Shown here piece after piece: positions 10,734-19,375 of a stretch of DNA of 64,000 nt. Location: the NCBI GenBank assembly GCA_018654845.1, contig JABIKU010000002.1, forward strand, positions 13,729 through 77,728, given 5' to 3'. The position numbers and the translations under genes are program-made. Every line of letters starts with the position of its first letter. Positions within the stretch are counted from its first letter, which is position 1. Below the pieces are notes generated by a model, which searched no databases, was not told the DNA's origin, and saw nothing but the letters and a program-made list of their open reading frames with translations. The stretch is from Methanobacteriota archaeon (GTDB lineage Archaea > Thermoplasmatota > Poseidoniia > Poseidoniales > Thalassarchaeaceae).

Positions 10734-10774
10734 TCAAAACGAGGATTTTATTTCTCAAAGGGATAGGCGAGCCT

Positions 10775-11752
10775 ATGTCGGTGCTCCTCGGACGAGGTAT
10801 GGCTGGTGCTCACATCACTCTAATTTTTACCGTTGAAGATCAAACAGAAGACCCGATTGAGCAAGGTAGCCTAGGAGCCGGCTTCTCACTTCACGATGGC
10901 ATTGAAGCCATCGCTCGAGGAATCGAAGGTGATTTTGGATTGCAAGTACGATTCCTTGATTGTGATGGCGATGAATCGTTGTACCGAGAAGTTCTCGAAA
11001 CATTAGCTTTCGAACTCCCCTCAACAAAGAATTACGCATGGGAAATCGCCATCAGAATGGCACTTCCTACATCTCAGGGATTTGGCATGTCTGCAGCAGG
11101 TGCTGTCGCAGCTGCTGCCGCATTCCTCAGAGCGATGGGGGAGCCACATGAAGAAAGCATGCGCAGATCATTTTTTCTCGCCCATCGAATCGAGCGAAAA
11201 CGCTCTTCCGGCTTAGGTGATGTAACAGCATTATCTGCGGGAGGAGTTGAACGAAGAATTAGAGCAGGTGCACCCTTTAGTGGGGAGTTATTAGATCGTG
11301 GGCCGGGCCGGGCAGATGGTTGGACTGAACATACTCCAGTACTGTTGGCATGGCGAAAAAAATCGGGAAAACACACATCAATCTACATTAATGATCCAAA
11401 ATGGAAACAATCAATTTCTGATGCTGGAAATGCTCAGATGGCTTCACTTTCTCAAGGAGATTGGAAATCATCGCGATGGAATGAATTGATTATTGGAGCG
11501 GAAAAATTTGCTGAAGAGAGTGGCTTGCTAACCGATTCTGAAAGAACTGGAATTATCGATATTGCGAAAAAATCTATTGATGAAATAAGCGCTTCAGATC
11601 GATTAACTCCACTACTCTGCATGCTTGGAGAAAGTGTCGTAATCGTACCATCAAATCTTGATTACGATGGTAGTGACTTCGAAAAATTGAATGCTTTATT
11701 GAATGAAGCAGGACTAAATTCAAAAATAAGTCGAATTGGTTCACTCTTCTGA
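10775..11752 (+). CDS. Pantoate kinase (GHMP kinase family)
   Basis: HITLIF, GSLGAGF, LPTSQGFGMSAAG, SGLGDV motifs of archaeal pantoate kinase. Confidence 0.85.
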   Translation: MSVLLGRGMAGAHITLIFTVEDQTEDPIEQGSLGAGFSLHDGIEAIARGIEGDFGLQVRFLDCDGDESLYREVLETLAFELPSTKNYAWEIAIRMALPTSQGFGMSAAGAVAAAAAFLRAMGEPHEESMRRSFFLAHRIERKRSSGLGDVTALSAGGVERRIRAGAPFSGELLDRGPGRADGWTEHTPVLLAWRKKSGKHTSIYINDPKWKQSISDAGNAQMASLSQGDWKSSRWNELIIGAEKFAEESGLLTDSERTGIIDIAKKSIDEISASDRLTPLLCMLGESVVIVPSNLDYDGSDFEKLNALLNEAGLNSKISRIGSLF

Positions 11753-12805
11753 ATTCTCACGCAATTTCTCGTGAAAATTTGCCAACGGTGTCAAATCGAG
11801 AGGGCTTGAATCGAGAAGAATTGCTCCTTTTAATTTCAGTCCATCACAGAAACCATGGCGATATACGATTGCGCCTTGACCATATTCGTTTACGTATCGG
11901 TTAACCTGCTTCTGAGTTTTCTTCCTCGGAAATCGTAAATCCGCGCCGAAGAAATGCTTGGCATCAATCCAGGCACAGGGAACTCCATTGATTCGAACAT
12001 CGTCGAGAAGAAGAAGATCTGGCGTAATGATTGCCCGACCTTCTGATTTCTTTTGTTCGGCGAGCAATTCTTCCTGACGTCGAAAGCGAACACCGGCCGA
12101 TTCAAAATAATCACAAAGAATGTCTTCGAAAACCTCTGCTGCGGTTTGGGTCTCTGATTGATTTACTGAGCTAACACGATCTGCCGCCTCAGCAGCTTCA
12201 AATTCTGATTGATCACGCTTATTCATTTTACTCGGTGCCTTCAGAGTTTCTTTAATCTTATTTTTTGACCATCCGCGCCCGGTCAAAATCGCACGAAATA
12301 CATTTACAGGGGGTGCATCAAATCGCTTCGAAAGTGTCAACACACCTTCGCCAGAATCATAGCGGCGACGCAATTCATTAGCTCGGCTCATCAAGCGTCC
12401 ATGAGAGTAAACACTCTTCTCTTGATTCAATGCACTGCGAAGAGATAATGCCTGTTCTAAAGTGATGTTTAATCCATCGATTTTCTTTGCGATTTGATCA
12501 ACCCTTTTCTGTGGAAGAAAGCCAAACTCTCCGGGAGAACAGACCATATTTCCTGCCTTTCTTTGAACGGATTTTGGAACTGAATTGACATGCCAATTCA
12601 CCTTGATTTTCTTTGCTGCTGGCTCGATATCCTGCGGAAATCCCATCGGTGCAGGATTAACAGTAAATCGATCTAGCGCCCGCTGAATAGACTCTTTATC
12701 ATCGCTCACCGACTTCTTTCCATGAGTCGAATTCGACCCACCGGAACGCCGGCGGCGTGGGCGGCGTCCTTGCCGCCTATCACCGTCCTTCTGTTCACTC
12801 AACAC
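11741..12805 (-). CDS. CDIN1/C15orf41 (TPD-domain) family PD-(D/E)xK nuclease-like protein
   Basis: TPDLLL...INGVPCAWIDAKHFFG...QVNRYVNEYGQGAIVYRHGF. Confidence 0.8.
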   Translation of the reverse strand: MLSEQKDGDRRQGRRPRRRRSGGSNSTHGKKSVSDDKESIQRALDRFTVNPAPMGFPQDIEPAAKKIKVNWHVNSVPKSVQRKAGNMVCSPGEFGFLPQKRVDQIAKKIDGLNITLEQALSLRSALNQEKSVYSHGRLMSRANELRRRYDSGEGVLTLSKRFDAPPVNVFRAILTGRGWSKNKIKETLKAPSKMNKRDQSEFEAAEAADRVSSVNQSETQTAAEVFEDILCDYFESAGVRFRRQEELLAEQKKSEGRAIITPDLLLLDDVRINGVPCAWIDAKHFFGADLRFPRKKTQKQVNRYVNEYGQGAIVYRHGFCDGLKLKGAILLDSSPLDLTPLANFHEKLRENSEE

Positions 12806-12847
12806 TCAGCCCAAAAGACGGCGCCCCATGAACCCACCGAGTCAGAT

Positions 12848-13177
12848 TCATCGATATTTTGCATGAATATCGTATACAAAGTCTCGGATAGGTAAAGGAA
12901 TAAACCAGCAGAAAGAGAGTATTGGAAAGGGCAGAGGAAGTCCGGTGGCGATACGTATCAAAGCGCCGCTTTTGTAAAACCATTTACCATTTTTAAATAG
13001 AAAAATAGAATCAAAATTACGAATTTTCTCTGGACAAATTTGTAAGAATGCTTCGCCATCTTCGCTATCTTGTGCAACCAATCTAAATTTATTTCCACGA
13101 TCTCTCGATTCAATTATTCGGCCCCACCGTGTACAAGTTGAACAATAACCATCAAACAGAATGATTTGTTCTGGCAT
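12848..13177 (-). CDS. DCC1-like thiol-disulfide oxidoreductase (DUF393)
   Basis: ILFDGYCSTC DxxCxxC motif; IRDFVY C-terminus. Confidence 0.85.
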   Translation of the reverse strand: MPEQIILFDGYCSTCTRWGRIIESRDRGNKFRLVAQDSEDGEAFLQICPEKIRNFDSIFLFKNGKWFYKSGALIRIATGLPLPFPILSFCWFIPLPIRDFVYDIHAKYR

Positions 13178-13185
13178 TCAATCAC

Positions 13186-16038
13186 TCAAATGAACGCAAT
13201 TCCAGGTTCTAATGGGAAAGCAACTCTCGCCTTTCCTGCTACATCCTCGCCTTCGCCTACTGGATATGCTATGATTGATTCGACACCGATTGTATTTGCG
13301 ATGAACTGGGAGTTTAAGGTGATGAAATCGGCTTCGATAAGTCCGCTTAATACCAATGATTTTTGATTATTGGTCCAAGTTAAAATTCGGCCGCGCTTTT
13401 TCTTGCTTCCAGTAGTTAATGCCATCCACAATTGAAAAATTTCTCCTCGCAGTTGCTCATTATTGAAAATTGGAAGCGATATAAGATAATCTTGTCCTTG
13501 CTTCTTAAAATCAAAATTTTCATCAGATAATTTGAGGGCGTTTACTGCGAGTTCGATTTTCCAAGACGCAGCGGTTTGAACAATGCATTTTGTCACAGCG
13601 CCTTCAGTATGCCGTTCAGCTAATCCTTTGACATTTCTCGCCGAATCGATAAATTCGCGAAGATAGGATTCGAGCGCGAGAATTACAGAATCTTCTTCGA
13701 GTGGAGCGAGGTTTGGAATTACGAACTGTACCAATAATTTATCTTCACCCAATCGTTGCCAAAATTCCTCGGCAATATGAGGTGTAGCGGGAGCTAGCAT
13801 TGGAATCCAATGGGTGAAAAATTCACGAGTTGTCGCAGCATTTGCTCCACCACGACGTAGGTACCATTGCCAATCAGCGAGCATTTCAAAGTGACTAATC
13901 ATCACGCCTTCACGTAGGCTTACAGCATCCATCGCTGCCCGCCAAGCGACGTGATGAGTACGTAGGCGAGCAAGTAACCAATTATCGATTTCAGAGGGAG
14001 ATTCCCCTAAATGCAAGCCAGTGTTGATGGCATCAATTATGGCTAATACCTGTTTGTGATTAGCCAATACAGCATTGTCAGACCAATCCATGCCGGCCTC
14101 AGGATTTGCTCCGAAGAGGATGAACAAACGCACAGTATCGGCTCCAAATTTCTCAACCATCTCACCAGGAGCAACGGTGTTACCGAGTGATTTGCTCATC
14201 TTTGCAGATCGTGAACCAAGCGGTTTTCCACAACCAGGACAATCTTTATCGAAATTGTCGATGTGATATTCAGTATTACAATAAACACAAAACGGAGCCG
14301 GAGCATTCAGCATTCCTTGACAAACGAGAGTCCCGAAAGGTTCGGATACCTGATTCATTCCTTCATCTCTAGTCGCCTTCGTGAAGAAACGAGCATACAA
14401 CAGATGCATCACTGCGTGTTCAATCCCACCGATGTACAAATCAACCCCCCCTTCGAGCCAATAATCGACGGCAGCGCGATCAAAAGGTGCTGATTCATTG
14501 TCAGCATCAGCGAAGCGCATGAAGTACCAAGACGAATCATAGAAAGTATCCATAGTGTCGGTTTCCCGACGTGCAGGACCACCGCACTGCGAGCAAGTCG
14601 TTGAAATGAAATCAGGATGTGAGGCCAGTGGGTTTCCGGATTGATCCTCACTGAATGTGACATCTAGGGGCAACTCAATTGGCAAATCTGTAGAGTTTAC
14701 TGGAACAACTCCACAATCCTCACAATGAACCATTGGAATTGGCGTACCCCAGAATCTCTGCCGGCTCAATAGCCAATCTTTCAATCGATATTGAATAGTC
14801 CCATGACCGGAATTTTCCTCCTCTAGAGCAGCAATAACTGCAGCCTTTGCATCATCGCCAAATAGGCCATCGAATTCAGGGCGGGAGGAATTAACCATCC
14901 AGCCAAGCCCGTCAAAGACAGGGTTTTCTTCAATGCCTTCACCACCCTCGCTCCTACACAACACGGGCTTGATTGTAATTCCATATTTCTGAGCAAAATC
15001 ATAGTCGCGCTGATCATGGCCAGGAACCGCCATAACAGCCCCAGTCCCATAACTTGCAACAACGAAATTTCCAGCATAGATTGGAACCTTTTCACCGTTC
15101 AAAGGATTTATTGCAAATCGGCCGAGTGGGACGCCTTTCTTTTCTTTCAGCATATTGATGCGCTCAAACTCAGAGAGTTTTGCGCACTCGTCAGCGAGTG
15201 CGCGCCAACCAGCCTCAAATTCTGTACCGACAACCAATTCTTCACAGAGTGGGTGTTCTGGAGAGAGGGTTACGAAAGTGACACCAAAAATCGTGTCTGG
15301 GCGGGTGGTAAAGGCACCAATTACAGCGTCTGAGTCAGCGACTTTGAAGTCGATATGAGCACCGTGAGATCGGCCTATCCAATTACGTTGCATTGCCTTA
15401 ACATTTTCAGGAAAAGCAATATTATCCAACTCATCGAGAAGTTCGTCAGCATAATTTGTCATTTTCAAAAACCATTGTGCCATGTCTTTCTGCACAACTT
15501 CTAAACCGCATCTCCAACAACGATTATTCTTGACCTGTTCATTCGCCAAAACCGTATCACAATCATTGCACCAATTTACCGGTGCAAACCTTCGCTCGAC
15601 CAATCCGCGTTCATAGAATTTGAGAAAAATTTCTTGATTCCATTTGTAATAATTTGAATCAGAAGTCGCAAACACTCTGCTCCAATCATACGAATATCCC
15701 ATCCGTTCCTGATCTGCTCGGATACTCGTAATATTTCTATGAGTTACTACATGAGGATGCCCTCCCTCCTTTTTCGCAGCATTTTCTGCGGGCATACCAA
15801 ACGAATCGTATCCCATCGGATAGAGGACATTTTTGCCCATCAAACGCTGAAAGCGTGCCATAGCATCGCCGATAGAATAGTTTCGAACATGACCCATATG
15901 CATGCTGCCAGATGGGTAAGGAAACATTTCAAGGCAGTAGAATTTCTCTTTTGATTCATCGACGCTTGCTGAAAAAGCATCGGATGCAACCCAAGCTTGC
16001 TGCCACTTCGATTCGATTTCAGCAGAATCATATGTCAT
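13186..16038 (-). CDS. leuS: Leucine--tRNA ligase
   Basis: MFPYPSG-HMGH, FTTRPDT editing domain, SRQRFWG, GGIEHA, KMSKS. Confidence 0.97.
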   Translation of the reverse strand: MTYDSAEIESKWQQAWVASDAFSASVDESKEKFYCLEMFPYPSGSMHMGHVRNYSIGDAMARFQRLMGKNVLYPMGYDSFGMPAENAAKKEGGHPHVVTHRNITSIRADQERMGYSYDWSRVFATSDSNYYKWNQEIFLKFYERGLVERRFAPVNWCNDCDTVLANEQVKNNRCWRCGLEVVQKDMAQWFLKMTNYADELLDELDNIAFPENVKAMQRNWIGRSHGAHIDFKVADSDAVIGAFTTRPDTIFGVTFVTLSPEHPLCEELVVGTEFEAGWRALADECAKLSEFERINMLKEKKGVPLGRFAINPLNGEKVPIYAGNFVVASYGTGAVMAVPGHDQRDYDFAQKYGITIKPVLCRSEGGEGIEENPVFDGLGWMVNSSRPEFDGLFGDDAKAAVIAALEEENSGHGTIQYRLKDWLLSRQRFWGTPIPMVHCEDCGVVPVNSTDLPIELPLDVTFSEDQSGNPLASHPDFISTTCSQCGGPARRETDTMDTFYDSSWYFMRFADADNESAPFDRAAVDYWLEGGVDLYIGGIEHAVMHLLYARFFTKATRDEGMNQVSEPFGTLVCQGMLNAPAPFCVYCNTEYHIDNFDKDCPGCGKPLGSRSAKMSKSLGNTVAPGEMVEKFGADTVRLFILFGANPEAGMDWSDNAVLANHKQVLAIIDAINTGLHLGESPSEIDNWLLARLRTHHVAWRAAMDAVSLREGVMISHFEMLADWQWYLRRGGANAATTREFFTHWIPMLAPATPHIAEEFWQRLGEDKLLVQFVIPNLAPLEEDSVILALESYLREFIDSARNVKGLAERHTEGAVTKCIVQTAASWKIELAVNALKLSDENFDFKKQGQDYLISLPIFNNEQLRGEIFQLWMALTTGSKKKRGRILTWTNNQKSLVLSGLIEADFITLNSQFIANTIGVESIIAYPVGEGEDVAGKARVAFPLEPGIAFI

Positions 16039-16208
16039 TTTTTCATTCCCTTGGATTTCTTTGGGAGCCTTTAGGCTCCCTGCAGAAGCAGTATAACGGG
16101 CGCGAGCCCGCCATCTCGGCGTAGTGAAGCGGACATTTGTGCCACAAGCCGGCCTCGCGAGGTCTCGATTTGAACACTTGCCTAATTAAACTGGAAAATT
16201 GGGCGAAG

Positions 16209-16478
16209 TCAGCAACACTTTGCAGCAGGTTCACTGCAAGATCCCGAATCAGAGGATGAAGAGTGATCGATGAAGGGTTCATCACAAATATCGATTAGTG
16301 TTTCTGCTTCTGGATAATACCCATCGGGGTAGGCACAACAGACCGCCATTATTCCCTCTGGAGTTTGTAATACTTTGCCGGTATAATTGTGATCTCGAAG
16401 ATATTGTTCTGCATCATTTGGAGTCTCAAAATATCTTGTACACTTGCTCGCAATCCATTCGCCCCATTTGTCTTCCAT
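16209..16478 (-). CDS. Small Cys-rich hypothetical protein ending in CC (89 aa)
   Basis: Downstream part of track ORF 16209..16757, from ATG 16478 (MEDKWGEW...EPAAKCC); this start avoids overlap with the divergent MBL gene. Confidence 0.55.
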   Translation of the reverse strand: MEDKWGEWIASKCTRYFETPNDAEQYLRDHNYTGKVLQTPEGIMAVCCAYPDGYYPEAETLIDICDEPFIDHSSSSDSGSCSEPAAKCC

Positions 16479-16566
16479 GAACTCAACTGGCGATTTATTT
16501 GTTTTCAATACTTCGGAAAAAAAAGAATCGCCACGCTCAAGCGCAAGAGTGGCTTCGCCTAACTTG

Positions 16567-17319
16567 ATGCTGGCGAATGGTGAGTTCGATATCCGCGATG
16601 GTGGTAACGGAATCGAAGTTTGGGTCACCCAAATGGGTGAATACATGAACATGAATACTGGTTGGATTGACCGTGCTTCTGGCACGGTTGCAATCATCGA
16701 CCCATTCGACTCCACTCGCTGGGTTGAAGCCCTCGCAGCTGAAGGGTTGCGCCCCACTCATCTGCTTTACACGCACACTCACAGAGACCATACTGCGGGC
16801 TATGATGAGATGAAGAAATTGGTCCCTGATGTCGAGGTTTGGGCTCATCGAGAAGCTGTTTCTGGAGATTATCTAAATAACTATGTTTTTGGAGAAATTG
16901 CTGCCGACTCTGAGTGGATTAATCCAGCAAACTCAACGGTAAAATGGTCGGCAGGTGGGATCACATTGGGAATTACTCACTCACCAGGACACGCCCCCGG
17001 CCATGTAACGATTCATGGCTACGGCGTTTACCATGCTGGTGATTTGCTTTTCACCGCAGCATCTGGAAGGGTTGACCTAGCTGGCTCAGACCCGACTGCA
17101 CAGTGGTTCAGCGTACTCTTCGCCCGCGGGCTGCTACGGGCTTTACCCGCTAATTGGCGGCTTATTCCAGGCCACCGATACGATTGGGTAGATGGTTCAA
17201 CTCCAGATTGGGTTAGCCTTGAGCAAGCCCTTGCCTACAATTACGCATTGAATGCTAAAGAATTGGAATTATTCGAACAGTTACCGTTTCAGCGATTTGA
17301 TGATGATATTGCAAATTAA
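16567..17319 (+). CDS. MBL-fold metallo-hydrolase (glyoxalase II-like)
   Basis: THTHRDH, HSPGHAPGH, AGDLLF, PGH motifs; start moved to ATG 16567. Confidence 0.88.
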   Translation: MLANGEFDIRDGGNGIEVWVTQMGEYMNMNTGWIDRASGTVAIIDPFDSTRWVEALAAEGLRPTHLLYTHTHRDHTAGYDEMKKLVPDVEVWAHREAVSGDYLNNYVFGEIAADSEWINPANSTVKWSAGGITLGITHSPGHAPGHVTIHGYGVYHAGDLLFTAASGRVDLAGSDPTAQWFSVLFARGLLRALPANWRLIPGHRYDWVDGSTPDWVSLEQALAYNYALNAKELELFEQLPFQRFDDDIAN

Positions 17320-17446
17320 CCGTTTTTTGATTAATTTGAAAGAATTATTTTGAAATTAGTATTATTTTCTCATAGCATAGTAAATGCGAAGCATAAAAAC
17401 ACCCGGGTTAGACGAACTGCTCCCCCTTATGGGGGGAGGTGACCAT

Positions 17447-19375
17447 ATGGCTGCTAAACCGAAATACCCGGGCATCCCAACAACTGCGGATGGTGCAACT
17501 AATGTTGTCCATGTTGAAACCAATATTACCGAAGGTTCAGCAGCCTATCCCATTACACCTTCGACTACAATGGGGGTAGGTTATGGTGATGCTGTTTCAA
17601 ATGGAAAAAAGAACATTTGGGGAACTCCGCTGGTCTTCCTTCAACCAGAGTCTGAACATTCAAGCGCTTCCGCTGCTGAAGGATACCAATTAGCTGGAGG
17701 AAGAGGTACAAATTTCACTTCAGGTCAAGGATTAATTTTGATGAAAGAGGTTCTTTACGTTATCAGTGGTAAAAGATTACCAATCGTATTTCACATTGGC
17801 TCGCGCGCTATGACGAGTCATTCGCTGAATGTTCACGCAGGTCATGACGATATCATGGGTGTTGCCGATGTAGGATGGGGGATAATTTTTGCAAGGAATG
17901 CAACTGAAGCAGGTGACCTAGCACTAATCGCTCGCCGAGCAGCTGAAAACTCAGATACCCCGTTTTTCAGCGTTCAAGATGGGTTTTTGACCACTCATAC
18001 AATCGAAAATGTGCTTCAATGTGAACCTGAATTGATGAAAGAATATATCGCTGACCCAGCAGATAATCTTCGAAATTTAATCGATCCATTCAATCCGATA
18101 ATGACTGGAATTGTTCAGAATCAAGATTCCTACATGAAAGGGAAAATTGCTCAACGCCACTTCACTGACACAGTGAAGCCAGCTCTTGAAGAGGCTATGG
18201 CTACATTCACCGAACTCACGGGACGACCATATTCACTCGTTGATGGCTATCAAATGGATGATGCTGAATACGCCATCATTGGAATTGGTTCAATGATTGA
18301 GACGACAACCACTGTTGTCGACCAATTACGCGCCAAAGGAGAAAAAGTTGGTTGCGTACACATCACTTGCTTCCGTCCATTCCCTGGTGCAGAAATTGTC
18401 GAAATGATTTCTGGATGTAAGGCAGTAGCTATTCTTGAGAGAATGGATGACCCGTTAAGTCAATCAAATCCACTTACGATGGAAATCAAATCATCGATTG
18501 CCGATGCAATACAAGGTGCAGAAGGCTATCCAAAAATCGATTCCATGCCAATTATGCATTCTGGCTCGTATGGACTTGGTAGTCGAGATGTTACGAGTGG
18601 AGATCTCGCAGCTGTTTTCGAAAAATTAACAAATTCGAATTCACCTGAATATTTCTCACTCGGAATCGAGCATGAAACAGCACTCAATCCAATTGACGGC
18701 CTTGATGGTCGCCCAGATGGGGCTTTTTCGATGCGTGGCCATAGCGTTGGTGGGTTTGGCAGTGTTACAACTAACAAAATCATTGCCAGTGTTTCTGAGG
18801 ATTTATTTGGTAAAACCGTTCAAGCCTATCCTAAATATGGCAGTGAAAAGAAAGGCTTGCCAACCAATTTCTATCTGACAATCGCTGATGAAAGAATCAG
18901 AATTCATCACGAACTCGATATTCTGGATTTCGTTGCAGTTCAAGATATCAATGCTTTCGATACGAGCTATCCACTCAGCGGATTGCGAGATGGTGGCACG
19001 ATTTTCATTCAATCAAAATCTCAAAGTATAGCCGAATTAATGGCAGAATTGCCTGCACAAACCGTTGATGAAATTATTGCAAGAAAAATTCGCGTGCTCT
19101 ATATTGATACCGCTGCAATCGCACGTAATGTTACAACATCAACCGACCTCATCATCAGAATGCAGGGAATTGTCTTACTTGGAATATTCCTTCGCAGCAC
19201 GCCATTCGCTCAAGGCATGCCAGAGAGCGCTCTTTATGCATCCATAGAGAAGAGTTTGCGTAAATATTTCGGCAAGCGCGGCGAGAAAGTCGTTCAAGAA
19301 AATCTCACTTGCGTTCGGCGCGGCTATGAAGAAGTCAATATTTGCGAACCAGAAATGATGGGGGTAAAAGTATGA
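17447..19375 (+). CDS. Pyruvate/2-oxoacid:ferredoxin oxidoreductase, NifJ-type alpha+gamma domains
   Basis: YPITPST, ESEHSSA, TSGQGL, DGFLTTH, GSYGLGSRD, GGFGSVT, YGSEKKG; SD GGAGGTGA before ATG 17447. Confidence 0.92.
   Translation: MAAKPKYPGIPTTADGATNVVHVETNITEGSAAYPITPSTTMGVGYGDAVSNGKKNIWGTPLVFLQPESEHSSASAAEGYQLAGGRGTNFTSGQGLILMKEVLYVISGKRLPIVFHIGSRAMTSHSLNVHAGHDDIMGVADVGWGIIFARNATEAGDLALIARRAAENSDTPFFSVQDGFLTTHTIENVLQCEPELMKEYIADPADNLRNLIDPFNPIMTGIVQNQDSYMKGKIAQRHFTDTVKPALEEAMATFTELTGRPYSLVDGYQMDDAEYAIIGIGSMIETTTTVVDQLRAKGEKVGCVHITCFRPFPGAEIVEMISGCKAVAILERMDDPLSQSNPLTMEIKSSIADAIQGAEGYPKIDSMPIMHSGSYGLGSRDVTSGDLAAVFEKLTNSNSPEYFSLGIEHETALNPIDGLDGRPDGAFSMRGHSVGGFGSVTTNKIIASVSEDLFGKTVQAYPKYGSEKKGLPTNFYLTIADERIRIHHELDILDFVAVQDINAFDTSYPLSGLRDGGTIFIQSKSQSIAELMAELPAQTVDEIIARKIRVLYIDTAAIARNVTTSTDLIIRMQGIVLLGIFLRSTPFAQGMPESALYASIEKSLRKYFGKRGEKVVQENLTCVRRGYEEVNICEPEMMGVKV

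Noticed and set aside
16063-16170. tRNA or 5S rRNA upstream of leuS
   Set aside because: No TTCGA T-arm or cloverleaf, and no 5S CCGAAC motif
16180-16211. Selenocysteine read-through at KCC-TGA with the following hairpin as SECIS
   Set aside because: Read-through adds only a few residues before TAG, the hairpin wobble favours the opposite strand, and no Sec machinery is visible
16479-16757. N-terminal extension of ORF 16209..16757
   Set aside because: It is antisense to the MBL hydrolase coding region; divergent starts at 16478 and 16567 are more parsimonious
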